Assembly: GCA_020536535.1 (NCBI GenBank)
Contig: JAHLWZ010000871.1
Location: 1 to 64,000, forward strand
Origin: Pelomyxa schiedti
Lineage: Eukaryota; Protista; Evosea
DNA: 64,000 nucleotides
Direction of reading: 5' to 3'
Shown piece after piece: positions 50,001 to 62,880 of this stretch. Made by a program: the position numbers and the translations under genes. Numbering within the stretch: position 1 is the first letter of the stretch; each line of letters begins with the position of its first letter. The notes beneath the pieces were generated by a model. It was not told the origin of the DNA and made no database searches. It was given only the letters and a program-made list of their open reading frames with translations.

Positions 50001-53000
50001 ATTGAAAACGGTGAACCTATCTCATCATCGGTGGCGGCAATGTTAGAACCAATCATATTAGAGGCATCTCAGTTTCCAGAGAACCAACCAGACGTCATTC
50101 TATCTATTCTTTTCAACACTTTAGATTTGAGTGTGAAAAGGATAAAAGGGACATTCTTTCAACAACTCATTGTCACTCTATCCAAGGCGAGCTTGTTTAT
50201 TGCAGTGCAAGCCTTGTTGAGGTGTTTACTGCGCATAAACCACCATGACATTCCTGAACTACTGTGCCTCGTCGCCATGAAAAATATATTCACAGGACGG
50301 AATTTAGACCTTTCAAGATTACAAGTTGGATCCTAATACTAGTAAACATTTAAAAGAAAAAAAAAAACAAAAAAACAAACGCCGGAAACAATACATATGA
50401 AAACCCTTCAGTGTTTCCCTTGTAACATTTCTCTAGCTTTCCAGGATACCAGAGGAACTGTGCCAACTAGAGTGTTCTTGTCTTGATCTTCGGTTCAACT
50501 TTCTTGAGGAACTGCCACAGGCACTCAGCAACATCAATGATGTTCTTCTGGAGGGCAACCCACTGACCAAAATACTGGATACAATACAACACCTTCCCTG
50601 GAGTGAATTTCGCCTCTATGTCAAGTACAATGAACTCCCCATTCACTGGAAATATAGGAAAGTCCTCGTTGTTGGAGAACCTGAGGCAGGAAAAACGACT
50701 CTCTTGGAATGTTTGGAATCCAAAAAATCCACTGTGGATGTCAGCAAGTCTAGAATGGCCACAGATGGTGTGGCAATGCACAGGCCGTTTTCTTTACGCA
50801 AAAAGTCACAGCTGAAGTGGACTGCCTGGGATTTGGGTGGTCAAGATGTTTTGCATTCCTCTCATCAGTTTTTCCTGTGTAAGACATACTTTTTCCCTCC
50901 TTTATCCTGACTGGTCACTTTTTATGCAGGCAGCAATTCCATTTTTATGATTGTTTTTGACATTGCCAAGGCTGGTCGTGATGATGCCACTTTCAGTGTT
51001 TCTTATCAAACCATCAAATACTGGATATCCACTATTATGGTGTTGAAGCCATCGCAAGAACCACCCACCATCATCCTTATTGGCACGCACTATGACCTTT
51101 GCTTGCATGTAGAAGCAGTAGTGCAGGCTCTTTTATCGCAATTCAACAGGCAAACATTCCACAGCATCTTTGTGGTGAGTTTAAAAACTGGGAAGGGACT
51201 CTTTTACAAGAACAGAGAGTGGCACCTTAGTCGCAAAAAGACTGTATCGGACTTGATTGCAGAGTTAGAGGTTGTAGGCACAAGCAACTCCTTTGGGAGT
51301 GTACCTCTAAGCTGGGCAAAACTGGCTGACTCACTGGAGGAAGCTAGAGTGAGAACTAAGATCATGCAGCAACGTGAATACCTGGAGATGTCATCAAGCT
51401 CCGGAGTATCTCCTGAACACTTACCACTATGCACTCGCTTCCTTTGTGACTCTGGAGTTATTCTATTCTTTGGTGAAGTGAACACACTGAAAGAAAAGGC
51501 AATTCACTTTGCCTCATTGCCTTCCACTACACCAACAGAGACAAGCAGAGTAGACTTGCACGAACTGTTTGTACTGGACCCCTCTTGGCTATCTACTGTA
51601 TTACAGACCTTGATCACGATTTCCAATAGGGACAAATTTGTAAGAGAAGGCATGCTGAATGCGAGTGATATACCCCACGTACTTGCAGGTTTTGCCAGGG
51701 AAATGCATGCTGCCATCTTAGAGTTACTTCAGCGCTTTGAGATTGCCCATGTTCTGGAGGACAATCGTATTCTTGTTCCCTGTTTACTTCCTTTAGCACC
51801 ACAACCAATGGCTTTCGCATTGCAACCCGGAAAACCAGCATTAGAACATGGTAGAAGATACCAGTTCGCCTTCCTACCTGTAGGGTTTTTCTCTCGTCTC
51901 ATGGCTCGCATGCTAAGTATTCCTTCTGTAAATATAGTGTCAATTTCCAAATTCCGTCTGGTGATCTCACAGCAAACGAAAGATGGGATAATTCAAGAAG
52001 CCTTTGCAACCTATGAAGAAAAAGCCTCCCGCTTGGACTTTCGCGTCAAGATCTTTGAGGGGGTTGATCACTCTCACCCTCTTTTAGCCAACAATTTGTT
52101 GCTTCTCATTTTGCTTGACATAGTAGCAGCTCTCCTTAAAACTTTTTACCACAGGCAGATGGGAGACCAGCAAGTTACTCAGTTTGTTCCATGTGTTCAT
52201 TGTCTCATGACAAGTCCTCAAACACCAGAGAATGAAGTATACTACTTTCCTCTTGACGACTGCATACTATCGATGAAATCCGGTACCCATGTTATGTACT
52301 GTCGGCAGCTTGCATTGCCAAGTAAATGTATTCGTGTGTTGCATCTTGCCCCAGACATCGCCATGGTGGGTCTCACATCAATTCCTGCCAATGAAATTTC
52401 TTTTGGTCATACAAAAAGTCACAGTGATTCCCCTCACACAGAGTCTTCACCCAGTATCTCTGAACATGATAATGTTGGAGTAGGAGTTTCTGGCAGTGTC
52501 CGGATGGGAATCCTGAACAATATTCCTGTTGCAGTGAAGGAGCCACATAGTTATAACTCGAGTAGTTTGGGTGAATTTCTGTACGAAGCTCACATTATGA
52601 CAACAATACCCCCACACCCAAATATTGTGCGGTTCTTTGGAGTCTGCAGTGTTCCTCCATGTATTCTTCTCATTATGGAGTTCATATTCCCTGCAACCCT
52701 TTCTCCCTCAATGTGGGGCCATTTTGATGGGAACCTCAAATCATCCGATCTTGATCACTTCTTACAAGCAGTGTGGGGTAGTCAGAAACGCAATACAGAT
52801 ACTGATGTTGTATCTCTCCTTCTGCCCTGTGAACTGCGGCAACGAATTCTTTATGATGTGGCTGCAGGAATGAATCACCTCCATTCTCTTGTGCCACCGC
52901 TTCTCCACCGCGATTTGCATGCCGGAAATATTATGATATGTTCTCTGGACTGGAAAGCGCCCTCTCCTGTTGCTAAGGTAAACTATGAATCCTTTGTTGC

Positions 53001-56000
53001 CTTCTCTAAAGTGTTGTATTCAGGTGACCGATTTTGGTCTATCAGAACGATTGTTTGTTGCCAAAACAGCCGGGATGCAGGAACGGCTCGAGGTTTTTCC
53101 ACCTGAACTTCATGCTGGAAAGCCTTACGGCCTTCCTGCAGACGTATGGAGTTTTGGAACAGCTTGTTTTTTGCTCTTCAGTCCTCCTCTGGCAACTCCT
53201 TACGACTTTCTGCTAGCTAATCCTAAATTTGCAACAATCCCCAGAGGGACTGAACTTGCATCTTTGAAACGCTCTGAAGTTCGGCAAGGGCTTATTTCAG
53301 GGGAGGTTTTACCAAGGCCACCTGAGCAGTGCCCAAATTGGGCCTCTCAATTAATGTCCATATGTTGGAGTCATGAGCCGGAGCAAAGGCCCACCTTCTC
53401 TTGGTTGACTTCCAACGATAGCAGCCCTCTTCTTGCTGGGTTAAAAGAGGCCTGTCCCTTCCTGGGTTCTACACACAACGGACCCTATTTTGCGGAGTAC
53501 TCTAATTCTATGCCAGAAACAATACCATCTTCACCAAAACCACTTTACTTCGTAAGTGGCGAAAATAACTTAAATCGAGCCTCAGCATACCGCTGCACGC
53601 AACAGGCAAATCTCCGAGCTGTTGGAGGGGACTCATTAGTTATTGTGAATTGCCGGAAGATAATTTCCTGTGCTTCTCAGTGGTGGTGTGGTTGCAATAA
53701 TGGAAATATCGTAGTTCTTCAACCTGAATCTCTTCCAGAAGTAGCATCAAGCTCCACTGCCGATACAGAATTTAGAATCATCAGAAGGCGTTGGCGGGCT
53801 CACATTGGACAGCAATCAGAAGTTACAGCTTTGTTATATCTACCACAATCCGAGTGTGTACTCAGTGGCTCTTCCGGTGGGGAAGTTAAATTCTGGAATT
53901 CGATCACTTTTGAGCATCAAGGCAGCATTTTGGCCTCCCATGAGCAAGCAAGCATTTTGGTGTTGGCTATTGCACCCCAGACACAACAGATATGGGTTGG
54001 GGACTCACGTGGTGTGGCAAGTGTGTGGAATCTCTCCGAAACTTCCCTTGGGATGTCTATGTCAATGGTTTGGTCCACAAGGATTAGCCACAATTTTCAC
54101 CACCACAGCTCCCCTCTATCACCCCATTCATCGTCTAGTATCACCCCAGCATCTTCTTCAGCCGTTTTCAGTAAAACCCTACCATTTCACAGATCCCGCT
54201 ACAGTCCCATAGTGGACATATCCCCTCTTCACGACCGTGTTGTAATCGCTACTGCTGAAGTTATTACTGTGTATACAATGGACAAATTTTCACCAATGGC
54301 GCATTTGGAGGGAACCGATCTGGCACATCAATCATTAACTTGTTTAACATGTGTAAGTTCAAATGGGCCAGCTGCATCACAGCAAAGTATTTGGGCAGGA
54401 ACTTCACGTGGAGTCATCATTGCATGGGATGGCAACTTCAATATGAAAAATTCTGTCCAAGTTCACGACCGAACTGTAAATGGTATTATAACTGACCCGA
54501 CTTTCAATTTGGTGTGGAGTTGTTCTTTTGACGGGAAGGCAGTTGCTTTTGACTACACGACCTTTGCACCTATTCACGAGGTCGTGGTATCAAAAGAAGA
54601 GGTACATGCAATCGCTGTCACACAATACTGCTTTCCTGAGCAGCGGATTTCTAGTAAATCCTGGCTTGCAACCATTTCCCATGATGACCTTGTTAAATTC
54701 TGGCAACGCACTGATAACCAATCCCGCTTTCCAAGTACCCCTGGTATAAACAATCCTCTTTACAAAACCATTCACCATTTTTTGCAGACAAGCAACTGGC
54801 TGCTTCTGTCTTCCGTCGAGCTGTTCGGTCGAGAGTATTCCAACATAACAGAAGAAAGTTTCAAGCTGACCCAAACGAATTGCTCTTGTTATTGAGGCTT
54901 CAAGGGAACCCTTTAGTTTACGGGCAAGACTTCGAGTTTGTTGGAAGAATAGAAAACGTAGTTTACCTCTTCCTCTTACATCACTAAATTTCATATCAGA
55001 CCTATGACAGTCCTCTCTTTTTAGCGTCATTCACATTCCCCTCTGATACCAATTCGCCAGAAGAGAGACAGGTAATGTTTTCAATAGCTGTAGTTCCTGA
55101 AGATCATCTATTCTCTGCACATGATTTGGACGTCATTGAGAAAAAACTTTTCAGAGGTTACTTCACCTTCTTTTCCCGGCCCTTCTCATTTCCCATATAG
55201 TAGTGGAAAGAGCAAAAAATGAAAATGGTTCAGTACCACAACAATACCAATAAAAAATTTACGTGTAACAGATGTTCTTCACAACATCGACCGTCATCCC
55301 TCTATCTTCCCTCTGTTTACCTCTTTCTTTGTTAAACTTCCTGCTTCAGTAAGTGCAACCCACAGTTCCTTTACCATTTTCTTCCTTTGAAACCACTCAT
55401 AACAGATATTCCATGACAGTGAATCTCTGTACCGCAAACAAGCAGCCCAAGGATTGCACTTCCATTTGTGTGTATACCCAAGCTATGACTGCACACTCGC
55501 GACTGTGATATCTGCATGCACCAAGACAAAAGCTGGCCTTCCTTTTTCCTCTGGATGTGCAGTTGTCCCTGCCGTCTCAGTGAATCTTGTCAACCGGATA
55601 GTGAGCAGTTTGGTGTCAGCACTAAATCACATGCAGACTCACTTTCTAGTGCACGCTGACATACAACCTAGCAACGTTCTACTTTCTGAAAACGGTTCCT
55701 TTCTTTTCTTGGCCAAATCACACTAACAAGTACCTTCAAAGGAACGCGGGTTCTACTCACTGGATTTGGGCATTCCCGATTCATGAGAGGGAACGGTACA
55801 ACCGTTGGCCCATGGTGCGGCTCTGCTTTTTGGTGCCCACAAAATTCCATCATTCCGCCAGAGGTAGGAAACTGTTTATGCCTCGTGAGTAAACTTATGA
55901 CCCCAATTAAGGTAAAGGAGCAGCTCCGAACCCTTACAGATCCTCATAGAAGTTTGGTGAACTTCAGTAAAGCAGACGAATTCTCCGTAGGAGTTACAGT

Positions 56001-56282
56001 TCTGCACCTCATGACAGCCATGGTAATGAACCTCGGTTTATTTCTAATTCTAAATATCTACTATTCCAAAAAAAAAAGGTTCTTCCACCCCAAGAGTCTG
56101 AAGAAGTAATGCAGAGCGCTACAGGAAGCTACAATTTTGATACAATAGGAAATAAGCTACTACCTGCCCAAATATTCTCCCGCGACCTCACTGAAATTGT
56201 TCTTCTAATGGCAAGCATAAACCCCATGGAACGGCCGCATATAAGCAGCAGTCTGATTGACATAGTAGAGGGTCTCACGTGA
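47099..56282 (+). CDS. Roco protein: RI-type LRRs - Roc GTPase - COR - TKL kinase - WD40 - PINK1/PEAK-like pseudokinase
   Basis: About 20 28-aa LRRs; Roc VVGEPEAGKTT, ATDG, WDLGGQ, HQFFL, IGTHYD; COR LDPSWL, ILVPCLLP, FLPVGFFSRL; kinase VAVKE, HRDLHAGN, DFG, DVWSFG; WD40 repeats; second kinase fold HADIQPSN...TGFG...PPE...SKADEFSVG. Confidence 0.9.
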
Positions 56283-56526
56283 TTATTACAACATACGGGA
56301 CAACAAGCACAACCGAAACCGCAATCACATAACACTATAACACCAATTCTGCTGCACCACTCCAGCAGCTTAAGTGCTGTTTGTTGGTGTGGTTTGTAGT
56401 TTCCATTAAGACATTACCCTTCACTTTGGTGGCCATTTGTACTTTTTTTTTTCGGTTTTTCTAGCTTCTAAATGTTTGTGAAGATTAAACAGCGTCCATA
56501 ACTTTTTATTAATTGCTCACAAACAT

Positions 56527-57449
56527 TTAGCTATAGTAATCCAAATAAGCCTTGGCTTGCTCGAGTTGTTGCACAAATTCATAGAACTGACGGAGGTCCA
56601 TCTCTATGGAGAAGTAAGGAGTCACACTTACGCATACATAGGAAAGTATACCCATATGAACATTCTCTTTTACATCATTTCCCTTGTCAAGTACAAGTTT
56701 CACTTGCATGAACGTTGACCCAACTTTGTCTCTTTGTGAATTGGCAGTGGTTACTGAGGAGAGAAGTTTAGGGGGAAAACCGGGGTGTAATGTTAAGGGT
56801 AGCGATTCTAACCTCCAAACCGCCACTTCAGATCAACCAAGTTATTGATGGTGAGGGTTTGACCATAAATTGATCGAGACATGGACACAAAGTTGGATTT
56901 CCACTTCTGAATAGCAATGTCAGCAATCTCCTCAGGAACACCTAAGTTGAAGGTAAGGTGAAATGTTGTTCTCAGCTCTTTTGGAATGAACTGGGGGAAT
57001 CAAACCAAAATTTAGTAAGTCTTCCTTCAAGTGAGCAGGAGGTAGATTGACACGCAGTGCCTCCTTAAAAAAATACAAACTGCCACTCACAATTCCCCTC
57101 ACAAGTACTGGACTCAAGCCACTGCTTCCAGCAAATCGTGCAATATCCTCGTTCATATCTGCAGACTTTTTGTTTTGTATTGGTTCATTGACTGCTTATT
57201 ATAACAACATTCTTTTCCCACTTATAAATGACATTCGTGAATAATGTTGGCAACAAGCCGTGACGAAGAACATTGGGGGAAAACAAAATGAGAAAAAAAA
57301 GAAAAAAAAAACCGCACTTGTTGTGCCAAAATGCCCATTATGAGATCAAAACAAGCACCGGCTTGGTCGACGGTCAACTGTTTCAAGTTCTCGATGTCTG
57401 TGCTCAGCTGTTCATCCGGTGCTCGTGGGCTGAAATGAAAGTGCGACAT
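56527..57449 (-). CDS. COMMD7: COMM domain-containing protein 7
   Basis: FFKEALRVNL...LKEDLLNFG, QTLTINNLVDLKWRFGVTTANS...KVGSTFMQVKLVLDKG...VHMEMDLRQFYEFVQQLEQAKA. Confidence 0.92.
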
Positions 57450-57714
57450 TGTTTTTTGTTTTTGTTTTCAGGATCTTAAGACCCGAACCGTCAATCACAG
57501 GCACCTCTGAGGGAGATCTCCTCAGTTCTGACCTCCGAAAGGACACCTTGTTGTCGAGGAGGTTTGAGTCTCAGGTGTGATGGGTATGATGATCTGAGAG
57601 TGACGGAAAGTGCGATGATGCACATCAAATCCAGGAAAGTGACAAGTTCCGTTTCCAAAGAAAAGTCTTGGGCTGATCACGGAAGCAGATCGTATTGGGG
57701 TGCTGGGGGGGAGG

Positions 57715-60598
57715 ATGGTGATAGCCGTTGGTCTATTGAATCTTGCTTTTCCTGAGTTACTAAACCATTGCCAGGTCTTGCAGTATTGTCTTTGCTGTGT
57801 GGCTCCATTGCCCTCAAGGGTGACGACTTATTACTTCAGGCAAGTGTCTCCACCCTTTGGTTTTTTGCCTCTCGTTTTTGCCAAATTCTGCTTCTGCCTT
57901 TTTTAAAACAAAAACAGGCACTTGACGCTGCCTATGTCGAATTGAGAGCTGAGGGACTGTGGCACGAATATGGAGATCAATATTCACAGGCACGCATTGC
58001 CTTCTGTGCAATTTCCTTTTTCATGATGCCCTTTTTGCTAAATTGAGGCTCACAATGTAAAACTGTAGGACTGTGAGGCTATTCCTTCCTCATTCCCATA
58101 CCCTGATCCTTCTGATGACGGTCCTGCAATTTTGTGGGACAATGTAACCAACACTTATGTCGAGAAGCTGGGAACCTTTGGCACTATTTTAAAGGAAGGT
58201 GTTGCGCATGTCGGCACCTTCGAAACTGTTTATATCGTTCCGGCATTGATTGAAAGGCACCCAGCCATTGAGATAAATGAAAGCTAATCAGATCGCCAGA
58301 ATTGCTCAACATTATAACACAACAATATCCATTGTACAAGTAGATGGGGACCCGTTTGATTTACTGGACAATGGGTCCATTGATTGTACTTTATCCCCAC
58401 TTCTTCGACATCCTCACAGTGCACAGTGACTGACGGCAATATTGCTGTTGCTGGTATGCATGGTGATTCTCGTCGCTCTAAAAACTGGCAAGCTGGGTGT
58501 GATATATACGTTTCGTACTTCTACTTGATGTCCAGCAAGGTGGGACCGCAGTTCGCGGATTATAAGTCTTTTGTCACTTATCTGCATGAACAATTGATGA
58601 TGTGCGAACCAATTGTGGTTTGTAGTGACCTCTCTCTCAAGGGTCAGAAGTGATCCGACTGTTTTTACAGGGGTGCGCCCAACTTCCAATTCTTGCTCAA
58701 GTTCTTACTGTTACGTTTCCTGGAATTGGGATTCGAGAATTCTCACCCTCCTGCTTTGACTACATGAATTCAACTGATGAGTTTGTCATTGCATTTGGTG
58801 ATCTTGGGACTGCGGTATGTCCTCACACCTGATTGTGTCAGGATAAGTCACCACTCGTTTGAAGGCGGTATGGTCTGGTACATATGCCTACAAATCTGAT
58901 ATGGTAGCTCCTGGCTCTTATTTCCTTCGCAGAGAGGTACCACAGGAGAGGAAGGTGAATGTGTCCTATATTCCTCAAGATTGGGAGATTGGGAACGAGC
59001 AACTGGCTCAGTTATTCGAAGCTGGGCTGATGGATGTTGTTTTGTCTGGTTATAGATCTGCTGTGTTTGCCTACTGGAAAATTCCTTGGTTTTCTTTTAC
59101 TGTATGACACCCCTCAACCGAAATATTGCTTATCACTCTACCTCGCAGGATTGCCTTCCACAAGCTGGGTTTGACATTAATCCTCTTCAAGGTACATATT
59201 ATTTCTTGTTGCTGTAAGGTCTTACCTTATTTTGAAGAGTACACGGGAGTTGCAAAGAGGGTTCTCGATTCGTCTAAGATTCGTGTCGGGGTTTTACAGT
59301 GGGATGCACTTCCAATGATAAATACAACTGACCCTAGAAGTGCTCGTGGAGTAATTCCAGCAATAGAGAAATACATATTTAGTTGGTATATATTATGTTC
59401 CTTCACTTTTGCGGATGAAATTTAGTTGTCTCGAAGGTTATCAAATCAGTTTACACTTCCTGGGATTAACATTGAATATGCAACATTTTCCTCCTCTGAT
59501 CTTGCATTCCAAGCTCTAGAAAGAGGCGAAATAGATTGTACATCACCCTATCCTCCCCATCCTTCACATAACTTCATGGACAGGCACATCAATGTACTTC
59601 ACCAGTGGCTCCAGTGTCACACTTTCAGATGGAAAACAGTATATCGTCAACAAAGGTGCAATTCCCATCTTCTTTCAAGAACAAAATCCCAACAACCAAA
59701 CAAGCTTTTAGGGCTTCTTGCTCTACCCTTGGAATAGTCCTTGACTTTGTTGTCGATTCTAAAAGTGGGATTTCAAGTGTGGACGAGCTGGTTGATCATC
59801 TCACAGCTGCACCTAATAAAAAGGTTTTTGGTTGGTCACACGTGGGCCATTAACTCTAATTGCCAGATTGGGTTACAATCAGCCGAATTGTTGGATTTGG
59901 TTACGAGTTGGACTTTGAAAAATGTCTTGTTCACCCCGGTCTATGGAACTGTGTCCGAGTTATTTGACCAGCTCTTTTCTCCTACGGCTAATGTAGCAGC
60001 ATTGCTACTGACTCTCCCCTATGATGTATGTATCCAACCCTCAACAAACTGCCCTCCTTCCCTTCCCAAAACGTGAACAGGTTCCTGAGACTTACATCGG
60101 TCAGTACACCAATTTTGATAGCGCGTTGTTGGTACCCAACAGTGCCTTCTTTAGATTTGACAAATCGTATTGTATTGTTTCTGGTGGTCCCTACACTCTT
60201 CTCACACGCCACAATAGCATGTGGAGATCACGAGTGGGAACCACAGCTTGGTGAGGAATGTGAGGTTGAAGTGGAGGGCTGCCAGGAATGCGTATGCATG
60301 ACTGATTACAAACAAGCAGTTGACAGTCCCGTATGTGCGAGCGATGGTACTTCCCCATTTTACCTTCTTTCAATAACACACTGTGTCAGCCCCCCTTTTG
60401 TCTACAACAGCGCTTCTTGGGCTAGTTTTGGGTGGATTTTTCCTTATCCTGATCGTCGCTGGGGTTGCTGTTTTTATCCTGGTTTTCCCCCAGTGCCGTA
60501 AGAAATGGATGAGGGAAGGGGTACTCAGAGCCAGGCGCTCAACCATGTACACAAGGCGAAGTGCAGGAGTCTCCATGGCTCCATTGGTAAACAGTTGA
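57715..60598 (+). CDS. Single-pass membrane protein with periplasmic-binding-protein (PBP2)-like ectodomains and a Cys-rich juxtamembrane module
   Basis: Signal peptide MVIAVGLAVLSLLCGSIAL; two related modules (ILKEGVAHVG / VLDSSKIRVG; FDLLDNG / FQALERGEID); CGD...GEECE..GCQEC.C; TM LLGLVLGGFFLILIVAGVAVFILVF; tail of about 35 aa. Confidence 0.65.
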
Positions 60599-60738
60599 AC
60601 TCCCCTCTCTGCACCCAGGAACCAAAGCCCTCGGCCTACAATCCTCACAAATTTTTGTTTGTTAATTACGACATGGAATTTTATGCATTTTTTTTCCTTT
60701 TTGATTCTAAAACGGAGTGCTAGAACACCACCGAGATA

Positions 60739-62880
60739 CTACACACGAACCACAACAATCACTACATTGTGTAGTGGGGGAGAGGAAAGGAGTGGGAGAA
60801 CGAGGGAGGAGGGGTGTGCTGATGATGGCGGGATAGCATGCACAAACTGTGATTGCTGTGATTGCCGGTATTGTTGTGATCCTGCATGTTGCTGCTGTAG
60901 GTGTGGAGCTGTGTGCCTTGGTGGCGGTGCTGAGTGATGCAACGGCGACGGTTGTGGTGGTGATACAACCCGGTGGGATTGACCCCGTTGTTGCATCAGG
61001 GGAACAGCTGGCTGTATGGTGTGTGTATTGCGGAACCCAAGAGATACTTGTTGAGGTGATGGTGGTGGTGGTTCCTGGCGTGGTCTTAGTTGTTGCACTT
61101 ATGTGTGCACAACAGGGTGATGAGGTGGTGAAGAGGTTCCCCTTGGTGCTGTCGGGTAGCTGTTTGGGAGAGATTGCGTCGGCTTATGATACTGCTGTTG
61201 CTGGCGGTTCTGGCACATCCCTTGATAAAGTTGTTGCAGCAACTGTGATTGAACCTGGGGTGCATCAGCAGCTCCCTGCTGCTGTACCACATGTGTGTAA
61301 GTGCAAGGTAGTAGTGGTGATGACAGTGGGCCGTGCTGCTATCCTTGGAACTGGCAAAGTGTTGAGGGCCTGTGTTTGTGCTCGTGGCTGTTGTTGTTGG
61401 GGTTGGGGTTGCTGGGTCCGCTGCTGGTGTTGTTGTGGTTGCTGTTGCTGTTGCTGCTGACGGCTGTGTCTATGGTGGTTGTGGTGGAGGTTCCAACTGT
61501 GGTCTTCTTGACCATGCTGTTCAGGCTGAGAGTCAGCAGTGTAAGACGCAACCATACACTGGTGTTGTCTTCTTGCTTGTTTCTGAAGTCTGGGACTATA
61601 TTCGGTTCCTTGCTCCTCCTCCATGCTTTGCTCTGCTGTCCTTTTGGAGTAGCTGAGCTTGATCTGATGAGTGTTGCTTCTGGTGCCAACCACCTTGGTT
61701 ATAATGTGTCCTGGGCATGACTCAGCCGAAGTTGTTTTCAAGATTATCTGGGAGCTGCCTGGATTGGACAGGAAACAGTGGTGGTCAGTGATTCCAGAGA
61801 ACTTCAGAAAAGAAACGCTTTTTGGGGTTTCAGGGACTTCCAAGTGAGCAGGGTACCTTGAGATATGAAGAAGAGGAAGAGTAAGTAAAAATCGGGCTTA
61901 TTTTTCTTTGAGGGGGTGAATTGAACAAACAACATACTTCAAGATAAAGGCATTTTTCATCAAGTGATCCTTCTCAATGGCAGACTGCATTTCCGGAATG
62001 AACTGCTCCATTATGTCAATTCTAGTTTTCTTTGTCTGCTCATTGTAAAATCGGGACAGCAGCCCAAAGTGCCCATCAACTTCAGACTTTCCATGCTTTG
62101 CTGCCCACAAATGCCAGGAAAGGCAGCAGTTCAACTTCTGAGGGAGATGGCAAAGGAATAGGTCTGCCACCTCATAGTTGTCAAAGTGCGGGCCTTTGTC
62201 TGTGAAGAGCTTGATGTCAGAGATCCCCTGAAACTCGTCAAGGTGGTCTTGTATCACAGATGTCACACGTATCTGTTTGTCTTTCACTGTGTTTTAAACA
62301 TGATACCTCACATTTACAAAGTGTTGTGACTGAGAGGTGTTGCTGCCCTCTTGTGGTGGCAGTGTTGTTGTTGGACATACCTTTCTGTTTCTCAATAAAC
62401 TCCCTCACAAGGGATATCTTGGAGTCATCCAAGATTCTTGCTGTTTCGGTTTGTTTAGAACCATCAGGGTGATGCATCACATGATGGTGATCATCCCGAT
62501 GGGCAACCGTTCTATTCCCTGCCTCTTGAGAGTGGGAATTCAGGAATTCAATAAGCAGTGGTCTTGTCTGAGAAACCAAAGGTGTTTCTCTTTTTGGACA
62601 TCCAGGGTTTGCAACCTCTGTGTTGTTTTCTCTTCTCTGAAAAGAATGGCTGCTGATGCAGAGATTGTGTCATTTCAAAGTCCTCCGTGGGATGTGACCA
62701 ACAATGCGCACTAGTGTGCAAGCCACTTGGTGGTCATGTCTGGCTTTGGCACTGGTGTGCTCCTCAGCGATGTTCTTGAACATCAATTGAAGCTGTCCCA
62801 TGCCAATCCCATCAGAAGGAGATGTGGGGAATTTGATTGTTGACATCAAGGCATTTTGTCCTTGAATGTCTCCCCCTGGA
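60739..62880 (-). mobile_element. Decayed DNA transposon, Sola(2)-like transposase remnant with a Gln/Asn-rich downstream region
   Basis: KLFTDKGPHFDN...WHLWAAKHGKSEVDGHFG and GITDHHCF motifs; N-terminal FLNSHSQEAGNRTV; in-frame TGA at 62672-62670; first catalytic-Asp region not seen; no TIRs found. Boundaries approximate. Confidence 0.65.

Noticed and set aside
60720-60777. Hairpin CACTACA-TTG-TGTAGTG near CTAG as a Helitron 3' end
   Set aside because: Hairpin is too far from CTAG, the flanking base does not fit A/T insertion, and no Rep/helicase is present.
60849-61720. Plus-strand Val/Cys/Leu-rich ORFs
   Set aside because: Antisense shadows of CAA/CAG low-complexity sequence.
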